Of a stretch of 64,000 nucleotides of DNA, positions 36,601 through 46,706 are shown piece by piece. Made by a program: the position numbers and the translations under genes. How positions within the stretch are numbered: position 1 is the stretch's first letter; each line of letters starts with the position of its first letter. The notes beneath the pieces are model-generated. The model ran no database searches. It was not told the DNA's origin and saw nothing but the letters and a program-made list of their open reading frames with translations. This stretch comes from Macrostomum hystrix (Eukaryota > Animalia > Platyhelminthes): positions 11,780,001 through 11,844,000 of the forward strand of contig CATNEN010000038.1 in assembly GCA_950097015.1 (NCBI GenBank), read 5' to 3'.

Positions 36601-39307
36601 CAGTGAGGTTTGGGTTCAGCTCAGTGCCAGTTTATTATCAGTGAGGTTTAGGTTCAGCTCAGTGCCAGTTTATTATCAGTGAGGTTTGGCTTTAGCTCAG
36701 TGCCAGTTTATTATCAGGGAGGTTTGGCTTTAGCTCAGTGCCAGCTTATTATCAGTGAGGTTTGGGTTTAGCTCAGTGCCAGTTTATGATCAGTGAGGTT
36801 TGGGTTTAGCTCAGTGCCAGTTTATTATCAGTGAGGTTTGGGTTCAGCTCAGTGCCAGTTTATTATCAGTGAGGTTTGGGTTCAGCTCAGTGCCAGTTTA
36901 TTATCAGTGAGGTTTGGCTTTAGCTCAGTGCCAGTTTATTATCAGGGAGGTTTGGCTTTAGCTCAGTGCCAGTTTATTATCAGTGAGGTTTGGCTTTAGC
37001 TCAGTGCTAGCTTATTATCAGGGAGGTTTGGCTTCAGCTCAGTGCCAGTTTATTATCAGTGAGGTTTGGGTTTAGCTCAGTGCCAGCTTATTATCAGTGA
37101 GGTTTGGGTTCAGCTCAGTGCCAGTTTATTATCTGTCAGGCTTGGGTTTACATTTTGCCATTTTTAAGCAACCAAAATTTGACTCAACAGTAAGAAACAA
37201 TGTTTTTTTATTGCGGATTCCGGCATGCTGTTTGGCTTTGATGTTCGTGAATTTTTTGTCTCTGTGTTTGCTTCTAAGTTTTTAAAAGTCTGATTAAGCG
37301 CTTGTTCTGCTGTTTTCTCCTGTTCAACTTTTCTAAAGCTTTTTTGTAATAGTTCATTGTCGTGCTTTTTGGTTTTTAAATGCTGCCTTTATACGATAGC
37401 CGCTCTCTATAGTACTAGCTGTCGTAATCATAATCAATTGATATAAGCGCTGCACCAATAGCTTGGAGTGACGTCATAACGTTTGATAGCACTGAGTGGC
37501 GTCATATGACATTTAATAGCTCGCAGTGACGTCATATGACCTTCAATTGCTCCGAGTGACGTCATATGAACTTAAAATATTCAGAGGAACGTAATATGAC
37601 ATTTTATGACGCCAGTGACGTCATTTGACCTCCAATAACCCTGAATGACGTCATATTAACTTCTAGCCGTCTTGCGAGTCCCTAAAAAACACAAAAGTCA
37701 GTCCATTTAACAGCAGCAGATGATTATGATAAATAATAATTTGAAAGCAAATCTTAAGCAACACAATTTGCAAACGCAACGAAACCAACTCTGCAGCAAG
37801 ATCCTGGAACTGGAAGAGGAGCTGCGTGTTGTTGGTAGCAACATGAAGTCTCTGGAGGTCTCGGAGCAGGAGGCCGCCCAGCGCGAGGAGTCCTACGAGG
37901 AGACCATCCGGGAGCTGACGGACCGGCTGAAGGCTGTAATTAGACTTGCACTTTTTACTGCAGTACAATATATACTACTTATTATTAGTGTACAACTGAG
38001 TAGTATTCTGAGTAAATTGTCAAATTCTTTCAAGTATTTCTCCATCTGTCTCTCGTTTAATTCTGATTGCGAATAAAAGTGCATTTTTTAACAACCAGAA
38101 TGCATGCTGAGCTTTTCAGTTTTGTTGTGTCTTTAAACAGCCATCTAGCATGCCGGAGGCAGTCAATGGTTGTCTTGTTGAGCTTGAGTCTCAGTAATAC
38201 TAACACGCACCCGCTTGAAAAATCCCAACCCAATTTCAGTCTGTTAATAGAGAGGAATATTACGAAGTTCAAGTGAAGGATCTCACAATTAGGCTGAAGC
38301 AGGTAAATTTATTATTATTATCTAGCTTTTGCATTTTATTTTCGTATTAAAATATTTATTTTGTTGATTTATTGACATTTTCAGCACTAGTGTAGGCATA
38401 GGAGTTAGTAATAATTTCAGCGATTAACCTGCCTGAATTGCGTGTGCTCGCATGCTGAATGCTTTTTTGTGTCATGTGCTCTCTTGCTACTCTTGTTGAG
38501 TAGTGTTTAATGAGTGATTTGCAAAAACTTGCCGACCTGCTGGCCGCCTTCTGAGCATGACGCATCGATTGGACGAGGTCCCCGTTCAGCATCATGACCC
38601 GGTTTTCTTGTCCTGACCCATCCTGACCAACTTGCCACTGTCCTGACCTTTCTCGACCAACTTTTTACAGTCCCTGACCCATCCTGACCTCCTTTTTACT
38701 GACCTGACTCATACTGACCCACTGTTTTCTGTCCTGACCCATCTTGACCCACTATTTATGTCCCGACCTATTGGACCCACGTCTTACTGTCCTGACTCAC
38801 CCTGGCCTACTTTTTACTGTTCTGACCCATCTTGACCCAGATTGACCCAGCTTGACCCAGCTTGACCCAATTTTTACTGTCCTGACCCGACTTGACCCAC
38901 TTTTTCTGTCCTGATCCATCTTGACCCACGTTTTACTGTCCTGACACATCCTGACTCATTGTTTTCTGTCCTGACCCAACTTGACCCACCGTGACCATTT
39001 TTTTACCAAAGCCGTCTGCAACCTTGCTTGGCTTTGAAGTGTCGACTCGCGGGACTCTTTTCTTGTATTAATTCTTCATTTTCTTTCTAAATTCTCTGTT
39101 ATCTTGTTGTCTGAATATTCATCTGTCTTGAAAATCTGTAAGTCTGTAGTCATTCCTCGTGGAATCTTGTTTCTCCTCATTTCTCAAACCCCATTATTCC
39201 CAACAATTTACGCTTGGCGTCGCCAGGCCGAGCAGAGGGCCCAGGAGGCGGAGCGCCAGGTTTCGAAGCTGCAGAGCGAAGTCGACCGTCTGGAGGGTAC
39301 GTCCGAG

Positions 39308-39367
<60 letters not shown>

Positions 39368-42300
39368 AAGAATAAAATAATATATTCAGAATTTTAGCCA
39401 GTTTAAAAAAAGCCCCAAATTACTCGCTGTTATCTATTTATCATTTTTTGTATTTTTTCGGTGGCAGCAATAGGAAATTATAAACAAACAAAACTGGCAT
39501 GTATTTGATGTGCTGCTAATTTTAAGGATCGTTATGCATGTTTTTTGAAAGAATCATTTTTTTCCATAAAATAGTAGTCACTAGAAAAAATACTTTTTAA
39601 AAGATTAACTAATTTTTGCTTACGCATGGAGTTTAGAGTAATCGATTTTGAAAAAGAAACTGCATTTTCTGGAGTTTTTTTATTGCGTAATTATAACTTA
39701 CTATACCTTGTCTATTCTTGCTCTAAAAGACCACGGACAGGGCTGAGACTGTTGAACGAGAGGCCGTCAGACGTCAGAAAGAATTGGAAAAAGCGGAAGG
39801 TACTTAATTAAGATAGTTGAATTCCAAATTTAAGAATTTGTTGTTTAGTGAATCGATTAATTTTATCACTACATAATTTTAATTTTTTGTTGTGATTGTT
39901 AACGCATTCCGTGTCGTTTTAATACCATTTATAATATCGCAGTAGTTAATTATCATTAACGGAAAACATTTTCAAAATATTTATTGCATGCTTATTAGAA
40001 TGCATTTTTAATTATTTTATACGCAATAAGCGTTTTTAGAAGGTAAAAAACACACTAACAAAACATCGATAAAATAGTGCAGCGCTCGCTTGGAGACTGT
40101 GGAGCGGGCTGCTTTAGCGATGCGACAGGAGCGAGACAGAGCGGAAGGCAAGGGCGATTGGTGATGGCTTTTTCTAAAATTCTATAGGCTAGCTTCTGGT
40201 TTATGTTCAGGGTTGAACAAGCTTTTTGCATAGTTAAAAAATTAACTTATCGATTTAAATCAATCTGGTTTTAACCAATATTTTAACGTTTTATTATGCT
40301 GTGCATGTTTGTTTTCTATTGTTAGTCTTTTTTACTATTGGTGCTATTAATGTTGTCTGTGGGTTCTCGTTTATATAGTGCGTCTTATTAGCTCATATTT
40401 ATGCCTTCCCGCTTATCTAATTGGCTCTCCAACCCCCAACCCATTGAAGCCTCCCTCTTATCTAATTGGCTCTCTAACCCCCACCCAATTGAAGCCACCC
40501 TCTTATCTAATTGGCTCTCTAACCCCCAGCCCATTGAAGCCTTCCTGTTATTTAATTGGCTCTCCAACCCCCAACCCATTGAAGCCTCCCTCTTATCTAA
40601 TTGGCTCTCTAACCCCCACCCAATTGAAGCCACCCTCTTATCTAATTGGCTCTCTAACCCCCAGCCCATTGAAGCCTTCCTGTTATTTAATTGGCTCTCC
40701 AACCCCCAACCCATTGAAGCCTCCCTCTTATCTAATCTTATCTAATTGGCTCTCTAACCCCACCCCATTGAAGCCTTCCTGTTATTTAATTGGCTCTCCA
40801 ACACCCAACCCATTGAAGCCTCCCTCTTATTTAATTTGCTCTCTAACCCCCACCCCATTAAATCTTATCGCTTATTTAATTGGCTCTCTAACCCCACCCC
40901 CATTAAATCTTATCACTTATCTAATTGGCTCTCTAAGCTCCACCTCATTGAAGCCTCCCTCTTATTTAATTGGCTCTCTAACCCCCACCCCATTGAAGCC
41001 TCCCTATTATTTAATTGGCTCTCTAACCCCACCCCATTAAATCTTATCGCTTATCTAAATGGCTCTCTAACAACCACCCTATTGAAGCCTCCGTTTAATT
41101 TAATTGTCTCTCTAACACCCACCCCATTGAAGCCTCTCTCTTATTTAACTGGCTCTCTAACCCCACCCCCATTAAATCTTATCGCTTATCTAAATGGCTC
41201 TCTAACAACCACCCCATTGAAGCCTCCGTTTAATTTAATTGGTTCTCTAACCCCATTGAAGCCTCTCTCTTATTTAATTGGCTCTCTAACCCCACCTCCC
41301 ATTAAATCTTATCGCTTATGTAATTGGCTCTCTACCCCACCCCATTGAAGCCTCTTATTTAATTGGCTCTTTAACCCCACCCCATTGAAGCCTCTCTCTT
41401 ATTTACTCCAAGGGCAGCACTTTAGAAATGCATGCCTTCTAAGTGTGACGCCAACGGAACCTTGGACTAACAGCCTGACTCGCTCGCCTAATTGCCTGCT
41501 TTTGTTTTCCCCAAACCGCTTGCAGAGAAGCTGTTGGAAGAGAAACAGCGTAGTGCGGCTCTTAAACAGGAGATGGACGCCATGCTGACGGAATTTCAGC
41601 AGCTTTGAACCTCCCAGCAGCTTCGGAGAGTCCCAAACACTGCGGAAGAATTGTCCCGGTCCACTATAAAGCCAAGTCTAATATTATTAGCTCATTGTGC
41701 CCTGGTGGATTTGCGGACTTCTTTAGAAATCTTCTGAAATTTATTACTAGTTTTTTTTCTTTTGTAAGACGATTTTTTCACATTATCGTGGCAATAATAA
41801 AATTTTTATTCCAAATGGTAGTATGACCTGGAAGTTGTTCTTTAAACAAAAGATGCTTCACGAGATCTACGAGTAATTAGCATTGTTGCTAAGATGATAG
41901 AATTACAAAGCGATCGAATCGCCTAGCAAGATTTTTTTAACTTGAAAAACTTGCTCGATTCTTCGATTAGTTCCATTGTCATTGGTTACTGCTTGGTGTT
42001 TTGTGTTTTCAAGTTTTTTGATGCTCGCTTTTTTTCTGCTTTATCCATATTTTGTTGCTATGCTGTTATTAACTTACTAATATTCGGAATTCCCCTAAGC
42101 GAAAGATTTAATCCTGCGAGAACATTGCCTTGACTTGCATTGCACGCCGTTGTCACCTGTCACGTAGTTCGTTTTAGTGTGCTTTTTGGCTACAATAATT
42201 TGTCTCTATGAGATTGTTTACCTAGAAAGGTATTATTCGTATGTTGTGTAAATCACTTAGTAACTATTAATATGGTGATTAATTTTTAAGCAGCAATACT

Positions 42301-45194
42301 AACTGGTGTTTTCTTACATTGGCAAAATTAGTCACTACTAAATTAGTTTTTTTTTGTGTAACCAATATCTGTTTCGCAGCTGCTATGCTATTTATGATTA
42401 AATTAGCAATAAAATCAATTCCAATGATTCTTTCATTCGCCAATTACGAGCCCGTAAGACTTTTAGCCCTTGTCCCGATAGCCATCACCCACCCCTAAGT
42501 ACACTCACTCTAACCCCCATCACCACCCCTAAGTACACTCGCTCTAACCCCCATCACCACCCCTAAGTACACTCGCTCTAACCCCCATCACCACCCCTAA
42601 GTACACTCGCTCTAATCCCCGTCACCACCCCTAAGTACACTCGCTCTAATCCCCGTCACCACCCCTAAGTACACTCGCTCTAACCCCCATCACCACCCCT
42701 AAGTACACTCGCTCTAACCCCCGTCACCACCCCTAAGTACACTCGCTCTAATCCCCGTCACCACCCCTAAGTACACTCGCTCTAACCCCCATCACCACCC
42801 CTAAGTACACTCGCTCTAACCCCCATCACCACCCCTAAGTACACTCGCTCTAACCCCCGTCACCGCCCCTAAGTACACTCGCTCTAATCCCCGTCACCGC
42901 CCCTAAGTACACTCGCTCTAACCCTCATCACCACCCCTAAGTACACTCGCTCTAACTCACTTTACTAGTAGTATTGATTTTTAAACTAAAACGAGACAAT
43001 AATTATTCCAAGGTGGCAGTCACACGTGTCTTCTAGTAATTATTACTGAAAGTATTCACTTATTTCATTATTTTCACTTGTCATGTAGGGCTTGCTCACA
43101 TATTTTATTTACTCTACTCTGAAGCACCTTTATGAAACATCTTTATAGAAGCAAACCAAATTAATTTGTACATCTAAAATATTTGTTTTTCAGTTTTGAT
43201 ACAGTAACAGAGTATTGGTTAGTAGATATAATAGATTAACAAAAAAGTTTTTCTCGATTCGTATTTCAACTTTTAAATTCCAAATCAAATTTTCTTTTAA
43301 TTTTGAACATTGAAATTTGAAATTAACCTCAATAAACATTTTTTTCTTTTTTTGTCTGTTAATTAGATTTTTATTCGGCTAATTCAATTCAATGTCTATA
43401 TTTTTTCTTTATATGTACATTATCTATCTTCTCTAGCATTAGTACTATTGTACTATTATAAGATTTCGAAGTTAATAATAACGCAAACTACTTTTCAATT
43501 CGTAGCTTATTTATAAATAAGGCACGTTATTTAACCATTTTATAATCCTTACTAATAAACATGATTCCAGTTAGTATTTTTCTGCTTATTTTCGTATTTG
43601 GCTACTAACTAGTAGGCAGTTACCGCCTATGCCTGATTGGTCAGGCTATGCATGAGTTTGCTGTGCGAAAATTTATCAACTTGCGTCACCGAAAAAAAAA
43701 CAGAAGAATATTTTTACTACCCCTATGACTTCATTAGTTGTAGCTGTAAAAATCACGGGACATTGTTATAAGGAGCTGCTACGAACAGGAACCTAATTTA
43801 ACCCACAATGCTGCCGTTTAAAAATCGCCAATTTTTTAACTAGAGAATTGTCTATTCTACCCCTAGAGAATCGTCTATTCTACCCCTAGAGAATTGTCTA
43901 TTCTTCCCCTAGAGAATTGTCTATTCTACCCCTAGAGAATTGTCTATTCTACCCCTAGAGAATTGTCTATTCTATCCCAAGAGAATTGTCTATTCTTCCC
44001 TAGAGAATTGTCTATTCTACCCCTAGAGAATCGTCTATTCTACCCCTAGAGAATTGTCTATTCTACCCCTAGAGAATTGTCTATTCTACCCCTAGAGAAT
44101 TGTCTATTCTCCCCCTAGAGAATTGTCTATTCTACCCCTAGAGAATTGTCTATTCTACCCCTAGAGAATTGTCTATTCTACCCCTAGAGAATTGTCTATT
44201 CTACCCCTAGAGAATTGTCTATTCTACCCCTAGAGAATTGTCTATTCTACCCCTAGAGAATTGTCTATTCTACGCCTAGAGAATTGTCTATTCTATCCCT
44301 AGAGAATTGTCTATTCTTCCCTAGAGAATTGTCTATTCTACCCCTAGAGAATCGTCTATTCTACCCCTAGAGAATTATCTATTCTACCCCTAGAGAATTG
44401 TCTATTCTTCCCTAGAGAATTGTCTATTCTACCCCTAGAGAATTGTCTATTCTACCCCTAGAGAATTGTCTATTCTTCCCTAGAGAATTGTCTATTCTAC
44501 CCCTAGAGAATTGTCTATTCTACCCCTAGAGAATTGTCTATTCTACCCCTAGAGAATTGTCTATTCTACCCCTAGAGAATCGTCTATTCTACCCCTAGAG
44601 AATTGTCTATTCTACCCCTAGAGAATTGTCTATTCTTCCCTAGAGAATTGTCTATTCTACCCCTAGAGAATTGTCTATTCTTCCCTAGAGAACTGTCTAT
44701 TCTTCCCTAGAGAACTGTCTATTCTACCCCTAGAGACAGCTAGTACAGCTAGTGATGTAAGTACAGCTAGTGAGAATTAAGAGTGTATTTTGGTGTGTGT
44801 GTGTGTGTGTGTTTGGTGTGTGTGTATTTTAAGGATGTCATGTGAGTACATCCATTTCATTATAATTTAAGCAACTTAAATTTTGGTATATAGAAATGAA
44901 TTGACTAGAGAATGATAGCTATACAACTGTATAAATCTGGGTGAACTGAATTACCCATGAGGCTAAGAATCGACCTCCTGACCACTGGATCAAATTTATA
45001 GAAATGAGGATCTGGTTAGGTAATAGCTACATGTAGGCGTACAGTTAAAGTGCACGAAGATGCAGAACTCAATTGTAAAAATCTATAAGCTACTCAAAAA
45101 CTGCATCGCAGACGAACTTCTGTCGGAGAAGGAGCGCTACAAGGGCATCAGCGACGAGCTCGACACCACCTTCGCCGAGCTCACCGGCTACTAG
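28903..45194 (+). CDS. TPM: Tropomyosin, long (284 aa) muscle-type isoform (path B)
   Basis: Exons 28903-28964, 29363-29540, 31034-31167, 32996-33184, 37797-37935, 39227-39296, 45112-45194 = 855 nt = 284 aa + stop. Starts MDAIKKKM; contains [60 protein letters not shown]; ends [15 protein letters not shown]. Confidence 0.95.
29825..29986 (+). CDS. TPM: Tropomyosin alternative first exon (1b-like, short isoform)
   Basis: ATG-initiated 54 codons ([10 protein letters not shown]...[18 protein letters not shown]...EEVHLRAQ) ending CAG|GTAATC in phase 0, matching exon 3 at 31034. Resembles the N-terminus of low-MW tropomyosins. Confidence 0.85.
30296..30627 (+). mobile_element. tRNA-derived CORE-type SINE (family A), full length
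   Basis: A box TAGCCTAGTGG, B box GGTTCGATTCC; CORE-like TGTGTCCTTTAGCAAGACACTCAACTCTGCATTGCTTCAGTTCACCCAGCTGTTAAATGGG; (ATT)n tail; multiple copies in the window. Confidence 0.88.
32119..32236 (+). CDS. TPM: Tropomyosin alternative exon 4A
   Basis: 118 nt (canonical exon 4 length), CCCCAG| ... |GTTAGA, phase 2 to 0; [39 protein letters not shown]. Confidence 0.85.
32410..32790. repeat. 23-bp minisatellite (GATCCTTCAGGACCACTCTTCCC)
   Basis: Tandem array between tropomyosin exons 4A and 4B5B. Confidence 0.96.
34180..34326 (+). CDS. TPM: Tropomyosin alternative fused exon 5A+6A
   Basis: 147 nt = 71+76, CTTAG| ... CAG|GTACTG, phase 0 to 0; [49 protein letters not shown]. Not in the ORF track. 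Confidence 0.85.
34331..37133. repeat. 38-bp minisatellite (GCTCAGTGCCAGTTTATTATCAGTGAGGTTTGGCTTTA), ~2.8 kb
   Basis: About 73 tandem units starting within a few nt of the exon 5A6A donor. Confidence 0.98.
37465..37660. promoter_or_regulatory. Degenerate ~30-bp repeat carrying five perfect CRE palindromes (TGACGTCA)
   Basis: TGACGTCA at 37469, 37527, 37557, 37616 and 37646, with degenerate copies between; function not shown. Confidence 0.45.
38240..38302 (+). CDS. TPM: Tropomyosin alternative exon 7A
   Basis: 63 nt (canonical exon 7 length), TTTCAG| ... CAG|GTAAAT; [21 protein letters not shown] aligns with [21 protein letters not shown] of path B. Confidence 0.85.
38595..38995. repeat. Degenerate ~30-bp repeat (CTGACCCATCTTGACCCACTTTTTACTGTC-like)
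   Basis: Repeated TGACCC cores. Confidence 0.85.
39730..39799 (+). CDS. TPM: Tropomyosin alternative exon 8A
   Basis: 70 nt, AAAG| ... AAG|GTACTT, phase 0 to 1; [23 protein letters not shown]. Confidence 0.78.
40078..40147 (+). CDS. TPM: Tropomyosin third exon-8 variant (8C), GC donor
   Basis: Exactly 70 nt between ATAG| and |GCAAGG; [23 protein letters not shown], paralogous to 8A. Confidence 0.65.
40410..41400. repeat. ~46-bp minisatellite (TCTAATTGGCTCTCTAACCCCCACCCATTGAAGCCTCCCTCTTA-like)
   Basis: Tandem array upstream of tropomyosin exon 9d. Confidence 0.94.
41526..41608 (+). CDS. TPM: Tropomyosin alternative last exon (9d-like, non-muscle-type C-terminus)
   Basis: 83 nt after TTGCAG|, phase 1; [33 protein letters not shown] at 41796 and 42408. 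Confidence 0.87.
42485..42957. repeat. 34-bp minisatellite (CACCACCCCTAAGTACACTCGCTCTAACCCCCAT)
   Basis: Direct tandem array. Confidence 0.96.
43840..44736. repeat. 23-bp minisatellite (CTAGAGAATTGTCTATTCTACCC)
   Basis: Direct tandem array. Confidence 0.97.
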
Positions 45195-46706
45195 ACGTAG
45201 CGTTATTAGCTACCAGCTTAGCAACCGCAGGCTAGCCCGAGCTACACCTAGGAGTAGTCTTTGTTTCACTCCGCGAGGAACTGTCAGTGATTATAACAAA
45301 TTATTCGTTAAAAATCTTTTTTACTGCTTCACCTCCGCAATATTATTGAATTTCTGTTTTTTTCGCGTCTCGCTCCAGTTTCAAATTAAAACTTTTTGTT
45401 TAAAATCACATAGTAACTCGCGTTACTTTTTCTTAAAATTTTTCCTATTTAAATCTGGAATCTGGAATCGAAAATTACAATGTAGGACATTGTTCGCTTC
45501 TCACCGGAAATTTGTAATCAAATTGAGTTTTCACTCTCGACCTTCCCCCATTTTTTAGTGCAACCGCTTCTGCCAGATTATCAGTTGAGATCAGACCGGA
45601 GATTGCGTAACAACTGTTATCTGCTAAGATCTAATTTAATAATAGCCTGTACCCCTTGAATGTCTCGCTTTAATGCCTATAATAAACTAACGTTGATTAT
45701 TGAGTTAATTATTATGACTTCTGACTACTGCGTTACTTAGTCGGGGCAGATGTACATGCAGACAGTGGGACAGACAAATACTATGTACAGCTGTTCAGTC
45801 CATGGACTTAAATAGTAGGATCTCTATGAAACTGCAGCAAGTACATTTTTAACTGATTTTAAAGAATGTTAAATTTCATTAACTTCTTTCACACTTGAAA
45901 GTATCAACAAGCAATGCAAAGAAAAATTCTAGCTTGAAATATATCCTTAATTTGGCAGTTTGTAGTGTATAATTCTCATGACCGTTATAAATATTTGATA
46001 AAAATTGACAAAAAAGTTATTTAAAGCTAATGGAGTAATGAAAACAAAAACTTTTGTAAATAGAAAAAAGACGGAATGTATCGCGCGCACAGGTAAAAAA
46101 CAAGCTGATTATATAAGATACAATATTTTACTCGTATTTAATAATGAATCAACCAACAGTCAAAACTATCTATGCACGAGTAGTTTGTTCGCACATAAGC
46201 ACTGTTTTTTCTTCCAACAAACGACATAAAAAGCGGAAAATTGTAAAGCTTTAATATTGTATTGAAAACTAAAATGTAGAACTTTTAGAATGATATTATT
46301 TGGTTTCGATATAGAAACTGTCCGTTTTTGGAAGACCTTTCGATCGACAGTAAATAATGGTCAATATGTAGATTGTAGAAGCTGTCATTGAAAAACGCTT
46401 AGTATAAAATATGCATAGATTAGTATTTTTTACCGCCTGACACCAAGACGGGAATCGTTGAAAATCTCGACGATGCCGACCGATGTTTTGATATTCTGGA
46501 ATTTGTTTTATAAATTTCTTAGCAGAAAATTTTAGCCAAAGAATCGTAGCAGAAGATTCTGGGTACCTGAAATACCCCCTGGGCTTTCTGCTGTTAAGGA
46601 GAGGTCAGTTGACTTGCCGTTTAAAAAAATATTTCTAATTTTTAAGGGCAAAATCCAAATTCAAAATAGAAGCTGTGTTTTAAAAAGGAAAAATTTGCAC
46701 ACTCGC

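Noticed and set aside
34331-37133. CRISPR-like regular arrays (28-38-bp units)
   Set aside because: Units are head-to-tail with no unique spacers, there are no cas genes, and the context is eukaryotic.
38141-38197. Possible extra terminal tropomyosin exon ([18 protein letters not shown]) after TTTAAACAG
   Set aside because: No coiled-coil or tropomyosin similarity and no length match; cannot be supported without transcripts.
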